From Octopus sinensis (lineage: Eukaryota): 64,000 bases of DNA. Position numbers and translations under genes: made by a program. The notes under the pieces were generated by a model that was not told the origin of the DNA, searched no databases, and saw nothing but the letters and a program-made list of their open reading frames with translations. The stretch covers positions 91,636,001-91,700,000 of the forward strand of contig NC_043001.1 in the NCBI RefSeq assembly GCF_006345805.1, in the 5' to 3' direction. Each line of letters starts with the position of its first letter. Within the stretch, counting starts at the first letter, position 1. Shown piece after piece: positions 11,618 to 25,317 of this stretch.

Positions 11618-13654
11618 GAAATAAGATTAAGATTAAAGTAAATAATAAATATCACTGAAGCAAAATAACACCAAATATATAGTGCGTGTGTTTTTATTGG
11701 CTAAACTGGCAATATGACCATTCCTAAATATAACAATAACTAACTTTCTATTTCCTTCTTTAGCTGTTTCAAATGTAATTGGCATGGTTCCTCTTGGAAA
11801 GTCATGGACGTCTCAGCCAAATATATTTTCTCTCCCTTTATATTTCTGTACAACAGGATTCAATAAGCAACTGCACGCGCGATTCCGTCTAAAATTTACT
11901 CCAAGGTAGTTATTGGCCTGGGATGACATGCAATAGGACCAAATCTGAAAGAAAGGGTTGTAAAGTGAGCTTCTTAAGCACACACCCACACCTCCGCATT
12001 ATCGATTCATAAGAAATGCACTGACTTCTCAGTTTGAACAGAGACCGAGTTATTGACACGAATTACTAAGAGCTTTGCTCTATAACACTGGTCATAACAC
12101 CCGCCCCCTAAAAAATGCTTGCTAAAAGATATCCTTATAAGATCCTGCTTTGGGATATTTTATTTATTTATTTGTCGATTAAAATATTGTTTTGGTTGTG
12201 GCCGTAAAACAGTTTCATACACAACATCCGTAGGTATTAACCGCCCCTGTTGACCATCTAGAATCTTTGACTAAATTTAAAACGATCGTTTACAAATTCA
12301 AGTAAATAACACGAATCAGATCATGGGTTATAATGTAAGCCCTGAAGAAGCTGACCTATAAGCAAAGATATTCTAAATGTTACCATTCCACATTCTTCTC
12401 CGTTACACTACACTCATGACCACATTAACCTATATATATATATATATATATATATATTCTTGCTTTTTCTTCTTTAAAAATGCATGATTTCAGGGAGAAT
12501 AGGCTGCCCTTTTTAGCAGTTCGAATGATCGTGTAGAGATCTCAAGCAAAAACTTGAATATGTTCTGCAGCAGATTATTGTCTCTAGACTTCCTGTGTAT
12601 TATTTTTTAATCTTTTAGTCAGGAGAGCAGGTAGGGCCCATTACTCGTTACAGGGTCCTCGGGACTGGTAAGATATGAGAGGGAGAAAGGTATCCTCTAA
12701 CCGGAAACCAGGCCCGATTACTTGCCCCAGAGTAGACTTTGCTAAAGGTACTCAGCGTGCCAGGTGGTAGTACTGAACAGGGAAATAGGCTAAGTCTACT
12801 ACTTTTGAGGGCAATGCCCGGATTTGAACTCGGAAATAAAAAAGGCGGAACAAATTATACAAAGTATCCAGTCCCGTTTCTTTACAGGTCCACCAACACA
12901 GCACTTTAGATTGATACTCTTTTTTTTTTTATCAATCCCGAAAGAATGAAAGGTAAAGTTAACCATACTAGGATTTGAATTCAGAACACAAAACAGATTG
13001 AACAACTACTGCAAGGGGTCCAGTTCGAAGTGCTTGTAGCTTTCCAAATTCAGTGCCTTGTATTTGTGCTTATTTTTAAAGATCCCCAAATGAATGAAAA
13101 GCCAGACTGACTTCGGCGCAATTTGAACTTAGAATGCGGAACAAATAACATTAAACGTCGTGGTCCGATTTTCTAACGACCCTTCCAATTCGCAGTCAAT
13201 AGTTATCTTCTGATTATCGTTATCTTCTTGAATGTTATTTCTGGGAAGAACAATGCAACGATTGTATTGCAAACTTCCTACACTTCTTAAACACTTCACC
13301 GAAGTACTTCTTCGATATTTAATTCGTAGAATACCGACCAACGTCTCTTTTATCTACGGCAAACTGCAGAGAAATTGCTTTTAGATGTTAAAATACGTTA
13401 CGTATTTGAACAAATCTAAACTTTGTATATTTCCTGTCATTGCTTCGCGCTACTGTTTCTGATTTGTCCTGGTCGGCGATCAACGAGCGTAACAGGTTTC
13501 TAGTATTCAGTAATTTTTATAAAGTTGGGGCTTACTGCCAACTTAGGATTACCCCTCTTTGGTATTCTCTACTGAGGAAGAAATAACGAGCCAGAGATAC
13601 ATCTGGGGGTCTAATAGAGGACGTTACTGAACTAAAAATTATGCATTTACACCT

Positions 13655-13788
13655 TAGCTTAGCGGTACGGTAAAAGCGACCGATAGGATAAGTACTAGGC
13701 TTACAAAGAATAAGTCCTGGGGTCGATTTGTCCGACTAAGGTGGTGCTCCAGCATGGCCGCAGTCAAGTGATTGAAGCAAGTAAAAGA
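13655..13788 (+). mobile_element. SINE A 3' fragment
   Basis: gataagtactaggcttacaaagaataagtcctggggtcg..ccagcatggccgcagtc. Confidence 0.85.
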
Positions 13789-13794
13789 ATATAT

Positions 13795-13871
13795 AAGTGT
13801 ATATATGTATATATTTATGTATTTATATATATATACATACATACATACAAACATATATATATGTATGTATG

Positions 13872-13911
<40 letters not shown>

Positions 13912-13960
13912 TATATACATATATGTATGTATGTATATATATGTGTGTATATATATATGC

Positions 13961-13992
<32 letters not shown>

Positions 13993-14003
13993 GTATATAT
14001 GTG

Positions 14004-14090
<87 letters not shown>

Positions 14091-14130
14091 ATATATATGT
14101 GTGTGTATGTGTGTGTGTGTGTGTGTGTGT
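13795..14130. repeat. (TA)n/(TG)n compound microsatellite
   Basis: Read directly from the sequence. Confidence 0.95.
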
Positions 14131-14340
14131 GTCTTTGTGTTTGTCCCCTAACAACGCTTGACGACCGATGATGGTTTGTTTATGACACCGTCAACTAGCT
14201 GTTCGCAAAATGTGATAGAACAGACACCAGGCTTTTAAAAAAAAATACATAAGTTCTGGGGTCGGTTTGGGTGACTAAACCTTTCAAAGCGGTGCCCTAG
14301 CATGACCGTAGTATTCCAATGACTCAAACAAGTAGATAGC
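14130..14340 (+). mobile_element. SINE A 3' half, degraded
   Basis: tgtgtttgtcccc..cgcttgacgaccgatg..gcggtgccctagcatgaccg. Confidence 0.75.
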
Positions 14341-14769
14341 AATAATAAGAAAGAAAGAAGGAGAGGAAAAAGAAAAAAAGAAAGGAGCAATCATATTTTA
14401 TGACATCCATTGAAAAAGAGTGCAAAACATAAGGAACAGCAACAGCTTTAGTAGCTGCAACAGCAGGAGTGGATTGCATCTGTTTTAAGATCTACATTAA
14501 GCTGTCAACCGAGTATATTACGTAGCATGGATCAATTTGATCAACGTTGAATCGATGCAGAAAAACAACAGCAATAATAATAAGAGCGGTAGAAGTGTTG
14601 CCCTATGTTTTTGACGTGTAAAGAAGTTGTAAGTCCGCGAGCTGGTAAAATGGTTATATCGTCGTCAAAGAGCTTTGCGGTATTAATTCTGAGTTCAAAT
14701 GCTACCTAGATCATCTCTGCATTTCGTTCTTTCTGCGCTGATGAAATAATGGTTTCAAATTTTAGGGGA

Positions 14770-15112
14770 GAGGATAAGTCGATTCTAACGACCCCAGTGC
14801 GTAACTAGTACTCATTTAATCGATCCCGAAACGATGAAAGGCAAAGTCGACCTCGGCGGAATTTGAACTCAGAACGTAGCGACAAAGGAAATACCTATTT
14901 CTTTACTACCCACAAGGGGCTATACACAGAGGGGACAAACTAGGACAGACAAACGGATTATGTCGATTATATCGACCCCAGTGCGTAACTGGTACTTATT
15001 TAATCGACCCCGAAAGGATGAAAAGCAAAGTCAACTTCGGCGGAATCTGAACCCAGAACGTAGCGGCAGACGAAATACCGCTAAGCATTTCGCCCGGCGT
15101 GCTAAGGTTTCT
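14770..15112 (-). mobile_element. SINE B (Meta-domain-like), two bodies, head truncated
   Basis: The minus strand carries gcctttcatcctttcggggtcgattaaataagtaccag twice; this resembles the MetaSINE central domain as I recall it. Confidence 0.8.
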
Positions 15113-15530
15113 TATTTCTTTATTGCTCACAAGGGGCTAAACATAGAAGGGACAAACAAGGAGAGACAAACGGATTAAGTCGATTACATCGACCCCAGTG
15201 CGCAACTGGTAATTAATTTATCGACCCCGAAAGGATGAAAGGCAAAGTCGACCTCGGCAGAATTTGTACTCAGAACGTAACGGCAGTAGAAATACCTATT
15301 TCTTTACTACCCATAAGAGGCTAAACACAGAGACGACAAACAAGGAAAGACAAACGGATTAAGTTGATTATATCGACCCCAGTGCGTAACTGATACTTAT
15401 TTAATCGACCCCGAAAGGATGAAAGACAAAGTCGACCTCGGTGGAATTTGAACTCAGAACGTAACGGCAGACAAAATACCGCTAAGCATTTCGCTCGGCG
15501 TGCTAACGTTTCTGCCACCTCGCCGCCTTG
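15113..15530 (-). mobile_element. SINE B dimer, full length
   Basis: tRNA-like head ggcgaggtggcagaaacgttagc..gagttcaaattcc, two Meta-like bodies, and a 3' end aaagaaata. Confidence 0.85.
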
Positions 15531-15561
15531 AGTCGATGAAATAGTGTAACAGTCAATTACT

Positions 15562-16369
15562 GGGAAGGGACCTTTACCTTTTGATCGACAGATTTTAAAA
15601 ATAATTTTTTGTGACTAAACACTTTCAAACTTCGTATACTTGTAGAATGTGTCACATAAAACATCTTTTACTCTTGGCGTTGTTGATAAAATTCTGTACT
15701 TTGGAAGTTATTTCTTTTTAAAGTTGTTGTATTTCGGTAATTTCAACCAATCAATGACGTGTATTTAGCTGACTAAAATTACTGCTGTTGTTTGTCAACA
15801 ACAACTATCGGCGGTGTATATTTCATTTATCACTGTTATTTATGATATCGTTCGTGCGTTTGTACTGGTTTTAGCTTTAAGGTTTTAGGGTTAGGGTTAG
15901 TGTTTTAGAGCTGGGGTTAGGGTTAAGGTTAGGGTTTTAGGATTAGGATTAGGGTTGGGATTTTAGGGTTAGAGTTACGGAAAAAAATGTAAAATGAAGC
16001 ACGAACGATTATGGTGGTGCCATGAAGTAAACATGCTTCAGATACACTCGTTTATTCATACAAACGTAACTGAGAAGAAATATGTCATAAATAACAATGA
16101 CAAACGAAATATACACCGCCGGAAGTTTTTGTTGACAAACAACAACATTAATTTTATTCAGCTGAATACACGTCATTGATTGGTTGAAATTACCGAAATA
16201 CGACAAATTTAACAAGAAATAACTTTCAAAATACAGAATTTTCTCAGCAACACCAAGAGTAAAAGATGTTTTATGTGACACATTCTACAAGTATACGAAG
16301 TTTGAAAGAGTTTAGTTACAAAAAATTATTTATTAAATCTGTCGGTCAAAAGGTAAAAATCCCTCCCCC
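15562..16369. mobile_element. Fold-back / MITE-like element with ~290-bp inverted arms and a telomere-like core
   Basis: 15562-15848 is the inverse of ~16078-16369 (about 85-90% by eye). The core 15875-15975 is a degenerate (TTAGGG)n. Confidence 0.8.
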
Positions 16370-17014
16370 TTAGCGACAAGCATGAATTCCTTCTCCTTGA
16401 AACTGTTACCTTTGTGGCTAAATTAGAAACCATCATTTATAGAAACTATAACGTGGCGAGCTGGCAGAGTCACTAGAGCAATTGTGAAAAAAAAATGCAG
16501 TGTATGTATGTTTCGAGATCAAATCCAGCCGAGGTCACTGTTGCATTGTATCTCCCCTGGGTTCACAAAATACAGAGCTGGTGCCTAAATTAATGACAAT
16601 TATTTGAGGAAACGATCCATTCATAAAATAAACATGGTAGTTAGAGATTAGTATCGGTAATTAATTTTAGTTTAGCATCCTCATTGTTGGCATAAAAATA
16701 ACATCAAATACGGAAAGCAGAACAGGAAATGCACTCCATGAATAAGTTTTGAATTCCGTACATTTGCCCCTCCCCAGATTTTCATGTAAACTACCAGTTT
16801 CAATTTAATATATTTCTACTTACCATACACATCACGAAGGAGATAATTCCAACCGTTTCTCGAGGGCCCAAAAGTTTATGAAATACTTTCATTATTTCGA
16901 TGTGAAAATTTCTCTGAAAATATGAAGTTATAGCTACTTCCTATTTTATTAGAAAATATCATGAAAAAAATTTGAGCATTCACACACACACACAAATATC
17001 TTTTCATTTACTTG

Positions 17015-17079
<65 letters not shown>

Positions 17080-17084
17080 ATAAC

Positions 17085-17435
17085 AAATTTGCCAAATAAG
17101 TGTGGCGTCCTATACAGGACAGTGCTACTGATGTTTATAGCCCCAGGAAGACATCTCCTCCAGCTGGCTAACGACACACATTCTGTGTCTGAATAGTATT
17201 TGCGACGAGAGGTCATCCCTCTAGCCTTACGTGATACACACGGACTCGAGTATCTGGGTGGTTACCCGTCCTCAGCGTATGTTAATCACCAGCTAGTGAC
17301 GGAAGCTCATTCCACTCGCAAATTACTGTATATTTTTCTAGTGACTCACTGTCGCTCATCTCGTAGAAGAGAGAAAACGTTATATATAATCTCTGAGCGA
17401 GATATAAACAGTAGCAGTACGGAACCGTAACATAT
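17085..17435 (-). mobile_element. Repeat 'F' copy, possibly a solo LTR, inserted in (TA)n
   Basis: The minus strand begins TGTTACGG, contains gctataaa, and has TA runs on both sides. There is no clean terminal CA. Homologous to 2600-2870. Confidence 0.35.
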
Positions 17436-17454
17436 ATTTGTTAATATATATATA

Positions 17455-17690
17455 TATATTTTGTTTTGGGATTTGGTTTTCATGATTCTTTATGTGAGTT
17501 CGTGTGTTGAAGCATATTTTGTTGTGTCTGGGGAGAATCATTCTCTTTTAGTGCCTAATAATAAAACACGCTCACCGGTAAAAATTTCCACTCATTTACT
17601 TTTTTAATTTTCTAAAATTTTCGTTGCTTCTTGCAACCTTTTCAAAAATTGTTGACTTTGTCCGTTATTGAAGCTGTCTTCTTTTTTGTT
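17455..17690. repeat. Repeat 'P2' (Penelope pseudo-LTR-like)
   Basis: Homologous to 43166-43300 and 43308-43425; abuts a (TA)n run. Confidence 0.6.
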
Positions 17691-17872
17691 TGTTTGCGCG
17701 CATGTATGTGGATCAGTGTGTGTGTGTGCAACGATAATTTTACCCTGCTGATTCTGATATGTATATCGAAAACTTGGTCTTTGATTTTTTGCTTATGGCA
17801 ATGACAACTGCTATATCTCCTACAGGCATTTTTTAATTGCAATCAAGTCCCGTCGAGGTTAAAAACGAATGT

Positions 17873-18485
17873 TTTTACCTCCGCTTTAGCGAAGGTGGAG
17901 ATATTGTCTTCAGTCGTGTTTGTTTTCTTCTTTGTTTGTTTGTCCGTAGACAAAATATCTCAAGAACCGCCGGATGGATTCGGATGAAACTTTCAGAGGT
18001 ATTTGGTCTCCTGACTGGCACGAACTGATTAGATTTTTGGGATCGATCCGGTACCGGACAAGGATTCTAGATTATTTTTTATATTTACTTTACTTTACAT
18101 GATTGCGGTCTTACGTTAACTTTCAAGTCTTTCTCAATTATCTTCCTTTAGGCTGTAACTATTTTGAATGGTAGATTTGTTAACTTTAGCTTGTATTAGA
18201 TAAGAATAAACTATTTATTACTGTTACTAAATTTTCTATAACCACCTTCACATTCCATGACTACCATTGGGATTAATCAGGCTTCGAACAAGGATTCTGG
18301 ATTTTTTTCCGTTTTTTTTTTACGTAATTTTTGAGAGTGGTCAAGTTCATTTTTAGTATTCTCGTTTGTGAGAGCAGTCGAGTTTATTTCAGATATTCTC
18401 ATTTTAAAAATCATCACTGGCTAATCGTTGAGAGGACGTTGGTGTTGCCTTGGCGTAGATTTGCGCTCTCTCAGTGCTCTTGTTA
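17873..18485 (+). mobile_element. Non-autonomous Helentron / DINE-1-like (HINE) element
   Basis: 5' ttttacctccgc, (TTTG)n microsatellite, aaaatatctcaagaaccgccggatggattcggatgaaac, repeated ggattct(a/g)gatt blocks, and a 3' end gccttggcgtagatttgcgctctctcagtgctcttgtt (subTIR plus hairpin). Confidence 0.75.
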
Positions 18486-18589
18486 TATATTAATACCAGA
18501 ACTTGAAGGATATATTGAGACTGAGAAGTATCAACAGCCTCCGTTGGCCATAACGATACTCTTTTAATCTCTTTTAATTTCTTGTTTTA

Positions 18590-19005
18590 GTCATAGAAAT
18601 GTGACCATGCTGGAGCAGTACCTTGAAGTATTTAGTCGATTAAATCAACTCCAGTTATTTATTTATCATTTTTTTTTTGGTTTATAAGCCTGATACTTAT
18701 TTTATTATTTCTTTTTGCCGAACCTCTAAATTACGGGATGTAAGGAAACCAACAGCGGTTGTGAAGCGGAGGAAGAATGATAAACACATAGAAACGCAGG
18801 CACGCGCTCACGCATGCAAGTATTTAAAAGGTGTGGAAGCCCATCCTTTGAAATATATCTTGGGATTCAGCACAGTTTCCGTCAGCTAAATCCATTCAGA
18901 TGTTATTAGTTGAAAAAGGTTTGGCCAGAAAGCCGTACAGTGGGATTGAACACGAAATCCCATGGACGCCAAGCGGTCTTCTTAACCACACAGCCATGTC
19001 TGCGG
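18590..19005 (-). mobile_element. SINE A, highly degraded
   Basis: Residual motifs gaccatgctggagca, tttgccgaacc, cagtgggattgaac and taaccacacagcc. Confidence 0.6.
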
Positions 19006-19307
19006 CTAGTTGCTAAATTTGAGTAATAGTAGTTAATTTAATTATTAAGAATCGCCTCTTGTGACCAGTTTCCATTATTCTTGGCTTGTGGCGAAATAAA
19101 TAGATAAATAAATAAACCACGTGGAAATGACGTGAACACGAAAAGTTTCCTGTTGTTGTGTAGGAGGTTAAATGGTTGAGAACCTGATTATGGTTAACTG
19201 TAGACCAGTCAGTTGTCATTATATATTTATCGATCCCGTGACAAATAATCTAACCAGCATTTAGTCTTTAATTGCAGTCTTTGTTTTCTCGTTGTCTAAT
19301 TTTGTCC

Positions 19308-19350
<43 letters not shown>

Positions 19351-19589
19351 ATCCCCTCCTCTCTTACACTTTGTCTTACGCAGTTTTATCTCTACACTGG
19401 ATATGTGAAACAAAATTTAAAATATTGGATAGAGAAATAAATAGACAAAGAAATGTACAAAATACAAAGCCAAGAGAAAAAGCGTTAAATACTTAATTAA
19501 GTATTCAAATTAGTGTCGGCCAATTAAGTGTGAGTAAAAAAAGAAATGAACTATTCCCAACATTTCCACTACTATAGACACTGACACAC

Positions 19590-19800
19590 TTCTTTCTACT
19601 ATAGGCACAAGGCCTGAAATTTGGGGAGTGTGGGCAAGTCAATTATATCGACCTCAGTGCTCAACTGGTAATTATTTTATTGACCCCAAAAGGATTGAAG
19701 GCAAAGTCAACCTTGGTAGAATTTGAACTCAGAACACGGAGAAGTGTCGCTAAGAATTATTATCCGGTACGTTAACCATACTGCCAGCACGCCACCTTGC
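19590..19800 (-). mobile_element. SINE B monomer with the alternative (B2) tail
   Basis: ctttctactataggcacaaggcctgaaat..ggcaaagtcaacc..gaactcagaac. Confidence 0.7.
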
Positions 19801-20560
19801 AGAAACTAATGTAATAATTAAGTGAAAGAAAAGAGCATAAACTAAATAAAAGCTTTGCTAGTATATATGAGAACTCTATAGGGCACGAAAGGAGTTTGTG
19901 AGTATTCCTGTGTATGTGTGGAAGTGTATGTGTATATGTACGGGCATTCTTGTGTTCTTGTGAACATTTTGGCTATAAAATCATTACGGTCTGAGTCCAT
20001 ACCCTGTGGACATAAGCTTTGACTTTCATTATTTTGGAATCGATAAATAATGTATTAGTCAAGAACTGATATCGGAGATATCTAATTTTAGTTCCAAGGT
20101 CAGTAATTTCTTTCAAAATTAATGGCTTTGTGACTAAGTAAGAAACAATTCTAATGACAGAATCGCTAAAATCGGAAAAAATTTCTTTAAGACATTTTTC
20201 CGGCTCATTGTATTCTGAACTTAAATCTTGCAGTCATCAACTTTGCTTTTCATGCCTTGCAATCGATAAAGTAGGATACTGGCAACTGGAGCTGATAGTA
20301 TCGGCTAACTTGCTCCACTGAAAACTACTGACCTTGGGCTAGCAGTTCTGTGGTTAGCACAGATTTATAAATCCCTGTAACATTTCAAAATCAAAGGACT
20401 ATTCCAGACTTGTGTATCCATCCCCACCTACCGTGGGTACAGAAACAAAAGCAAAGAGAATGGCAGTGCAGGATAGAAAGCCGGCCTGTTAAACTTGTGT
20501 TAGCAAGAGCCAACTGAAGGCTTTCTTTCTTCAGTTGTTGAACAAAACAATAGCAGTATT

Positions 20561-20765
20561 CTTTTCTACTCTAGGCACAAAGCCCGACATTTTAGAAGAA
20601 GGTGCCAGTCGATTAGATCGACCCCTGTATGCAACTGGTATTTAATTTATCGACCCCGAAAAGATGAAAGCAAAGTCGACCTCGGCGGATTTTAGAACAT
20701 AAAGACAGACGAAATACTGCTAAGCACTTTGCCCGACGTGCTAACGTTTCTGCCAGCTCGCCGCC
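20561..20765 (-). mobile_element. SINE B monomer (B2 tail) with a 17-bp TSD
   Basis: TSD aaaacaatagcagtatt at 20544-20560 and 20768-20784. Confidence 0.85.
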
Positions 20766-21429
20766 TTAAAACAATAGCAGTATTATCTCATTCACCTATC
20801 CGTATGGAGTAAAGGGAAGTAACTGCAGGATAGATAGGATCGACAGATCGTTGCAGAGATAAATAAATAAAAGTGAGGAGTGACAATGAAAGGAGTTTTG
20901 AAACTTAAGAAAATGATCCGACTCCTCGAGACAATAGGAAGTTCATTGAACAATGTGTCGTGGAGATGTATGTTGGTTCATTATAAAATTGATGATGGCG
21001 ATGTGCTCTTTGAGGAAAATTAAGACCGATTAACAAAAGACAGGCAAAAGATAAGAGTTTGGCGAAAATCACGTCAATGATCTGTCACTATAAAAGAGCA
21101 ATACCCAGAGAACGTAAGAAGTCTTTTTATCATTACTAATATAGAAAAGAAAAAATGCGTATAGGTGTGTTTGGATGCACCTTGTTTCAATATCATGAAC
21201 AGCTGGTGGGTAAAGACGTGGTGTGTTCAGCCCACACAAATACTTGAAATGCTATCTCCTACATCAGGCGATGGCAAGTATATGGTGCCATATGTGTCGC
21301 TTTTAAAACTGATAACTAAATGAAGAGACCATCTCAATTAATGTGTCACACACTTATCCATCGTCTAATCTCACGCCTAATCTTAATCCTTCTCCCAAAA
21401 TTGCTAATCTTGTGCTAAAATTGGAAATC

Positions 21430-21959
<530 letters not shown>

Positions 21960-21960
21960 T

Positions 21961-22503
21961 TATTGAGTGAGAGAGCAGTACATGCCATCAAAGTGACACT
22001 AGGGTAAAATATACAAAGCCCAGTATACCCATCATGACTACCTGTCTGATAAGGGCACACCAGGCACATACATCACAACCATATGTGCGTGCATGGTGAT
22101 CTCATATCAATATTAACAGCGCATTACTTTGCAGGGAAGGGGCCAATTAGAATTTTCTTCAGATCGAGTAGCTCATCCCACTCAAAAGGTCCCTGAATAA
22201 GGATTGTTTAAGGATGTTGAACGAAACACCCATGTTTCCGAAGGTGAATTATCCAAACCCCAAAGAATTCCTCTCAACACATGGCTATGATGCTCCACAA
22301 ATATTTCTACTCGTGATCAGAGACGCACGTATCGTCGGCCATTAAGGCACATGCTCAACTGGTTATGGTCAAACAACTGACAAGCAAATTTGTGGTATTG
22401 AGCAGACTATTTGCAGTTAGCCCATCTTTTATACCAATGTACACTTCCAATCAGTTAAGTTCAGAAGCCATGAGAGCCACTGCCTGGTACTGCATCAGGG
22501 CAT
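21961..22503 (-). mobile_element. Non-coding element 'G' flanked by (TAA)n on both sides (putative non-autonomous retroelement)
   Basis: The minus strand starts AATGCCCTGATGCAGTACCAGG directly after (AAT)n and ends GCTCTCTCACTC followed by (AAT)n. It has no long ORF. Confidence 0.6.
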
Positions 22504-22555
22504 TTATTATTATTATTATTATATTATTATTATTATTATTATTATTATTATCATT

Positions 22556-22605
<50 letters not shown>

Positions 22606-23029
22606 TATTATAAAGGTGAGGAGTCGGCCAGAATGTTTAGCAACATTTCTTCTGGTCTTGCATTGTAAGTTCAAATGTCGCCGAATTCGACTTTGTCTTT
22701 CTTTCGGGATCGATAAAACAAATATCAGCTGAGCACTGGAGTCAATATAATCCTTCTCCCCACAAATCTCAGATCTTGTACCTATAGTGGAAAGAATTAT
22801 TACTAGCTTTGGCCATCAAACATACTTTCACTGGACTTTAATTAAATGTATGTGTGTTAGTATCCATGCATGTATGTATTTATGTAGGTATTATGTATAT
22901 ATGTATGTATGTATGTCTTCATATACATACATACATACATACATACATACATACATACATACATACATAGATACATATACATGTATATATATATGTGTGT
23001 GTGTATATATATATATATATACACACACA

Positions 23030-23294
23030 TATACTTTTATTCTTTTATTCTATTATTTGTTTTAGTCATATGAGTCCGCCATGCTGGAGCAACGCGTTGA
23101 AGGGTTTTAGTCGAACAAATCGTCCCTAGGAATCATTTTTTAAAAAGTCTGGTACTTATACTCTCAATCTCTTTTGCCAAACCGCTAAGTTACGGGGACG
23201 TAAACACAGACGCCAGTTGTCAAGCGGCGGCGATGGAGGGCAACAAACACAGATACAAAGACAGATGCAAGATTGTATGTTAGTACGTAAGTAC

Positions 23295-23340
<46 letters not shown>

Positions 23341-23354
23341 CATCTTTATATATA

Positions 23355-23402
<48 letters not shown>

Positions 23403-23582
23403 TATATTATATATATATATATATATAATTTATAAGACGAGTTCTTTCATTTTCCATCTAACAATCCATTCACAAGGCCTTGGTCGACCTGAAGCTATAG
23501 TGGAATACGTTTGCCCAAGATTCTACGCAATGAGATTTAACTCAGAACCATGTGAGTGGGAAGCCAGCTTCTTACTACACGT
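23030..23582 (-). mobile_element. SINE A, degraded, with an expanded internal (TA)n
   Basis: Tail at 23030-23100, body, TA array at 23290-23428 and head at 23430-23582. Confidence 0.75.
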
Positions 23583-24319
23583 ATGTATGTATGTATGTAT
23601 GTATGTATGTATGTATGTATGTATGTATGTATGTATGTATGTATGTATGTATGTATACGCGGGTTCCAATAAAAAAAAAGACTTTTATTCTATGTTGCAA
23701 TCAAGTATTCTTCAATCTTACTCTTATGCTTTGCTTTTTTCAGTGAGCAATTCGATTTTTCTTCGTATATTTCCTAATTCAGTGTATTTTAAGTATTAGC
23801 AATATAGGGGTTTTCCCTTCCTGTTATTTTGGTATAACATTCTGTAGTCCCCACATTTAGCCTAGCTTTTAGATTTGTTGTAAGTTATGTTTGTCGCTTC
23901 TCCTTTTCACTCAGAGCTGTTTGTCACTTTTGTAACACAGTGTTCTATACATTAATACTTATAGCTTTATCTACCTCGAGTCCCGACATTAAAACTAATC
24001 ATTTTAATTATATAAGGATCCCTTTTTACATATATTTATAATAACTATAATCCTTCTATTTTAAATTTTAGGCGGTGCATTTCAAATTCTGTTATAAGCT
24101 TTAGTATGCACATGCTTATATTTTTACACGTCCGTGTTAATTAAATATGCACAGTTTTATTTTAATCGGCACTATTTGAATTAATTACATTTATAGTTTG
24201 TCTGCTTACACTTAGTAATTCCCGCAGCGTCCAATTGAGAATATCACAATAACTTACTACAAGGACGTCCTCACAGCAGTTATCTTATTTTTCATTATAT
24301 CCTGAGCTCTGCTGATCTA

Positions 24320-24640
24320 TTCCGTTATTGGAGATCAAGGCTAAACGACCTGATATTGTTGACAAGGAAAACGAAAAGATAATACCTACTAAACGAACTT
24401 AGAATAGATGATAATGAGTTTCTAAAATACATGGAGAAGTAATTCAAATGAGCAAACAACAAAAGCCAAACGAAATATGACGACAAAAAGAAAAAGCGTT
24501 TTCTTGGGAATAATTACGAAAAGAAAAACATTCAAACAAACCAACCATCAAATCCTCAGGACTTGGAAATACATGCTAAATATAGAAAAGGACACTTCTA
24601 GGCATTACACATATATTGTGCATAAAGTAATGCAAACAAA
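24320..24640 (+). pseudogene. Old R4/Dong-type RLE domain fragment
   Basis: Frameshifted relics LEIKAKRPDIV-DKENEK, DDNEFLKYMEK, LGIITK and TLLGITHILC, in the same order as in the 21557-21899 fragment. Confidence 0.55.
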
Positions 24641-24897
24641 CCGAAACAAGAAAGTGCCTTATGGAGCGAAATAAATTTTATTCGTACTAGGCGATATAAA
24701 GGTCGTAGATTCTTGTTGAGAAGAATGTCGAATACTGCGGTCTCGAATACTGTGGGGAATTGTGATAATCATCGCAACAGTAAACGGTTTATTTTGAATC
24801 CATCCATCCATCCATCATTACATACAAGAATGTTTAGACGTTTACATACATATGTACATACGCACTTACTAACATACAATGTAGCATGCATTCTCAC

Positions 24898-24928
<31 letters not shown>

Positions 24929-25098
24929 CATACATACACACACACATACATACATACATACATACATACATACATACATACATACATACATACATACATA
25001 CATACACACACAACACATACATACATACATACATACATACATACATACATACATACATACATACATACATGCATGCATACATACATACATACATACAT

Positions 25099-25240
25099 AC
25101 GTGTAGAGAAGCTGGCTTCCCACTCACATGGTTCTGAGTTAAATCTCATTGCGTAGAATTGGGCAAACGTATTCCACTATAGCTTCGGGTCGACCAAGGC
25201 CTTGTGAATGGATTGTTTGATGGAAATGAAAGAACTCGTC

Positions 25241-25246
<6 letters not shown>
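25099..25246 (+). repeat. Inverted duplicate of 23430-23582 (SINE A 5' part)
   Basis: Shares private substitutions with the 23430-23582 copy, such as ggaatacgtttgccc and gtgagtgggaagccagc. Confidence 0.85.
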
Positions 25247-25282
<36 letters not shown>

Positions 25283-25317
25283 ATATAGATATATATATGT
25301 ATATATATATATATATA

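Noticed and set aside
13129-13341. 70-aa minus-strand ORF read as an exon
   Set aside because: Its 3' part is a decayed SINE B head, and splice signals are weak.
15875-15975. True telomere or chromosome-fusion scar
   Set aside because: The tract is short, degenerate, in a single orientation and enclosed by the inverted arms of a fold-back element.
22430-22503. HDV-like ribozyme at the 5' end of element G
   Set aside because: Only a simple hairpin (TGCCCTG/CAGGCA) is evident; I could not build the nested double pseudoknot by eye.
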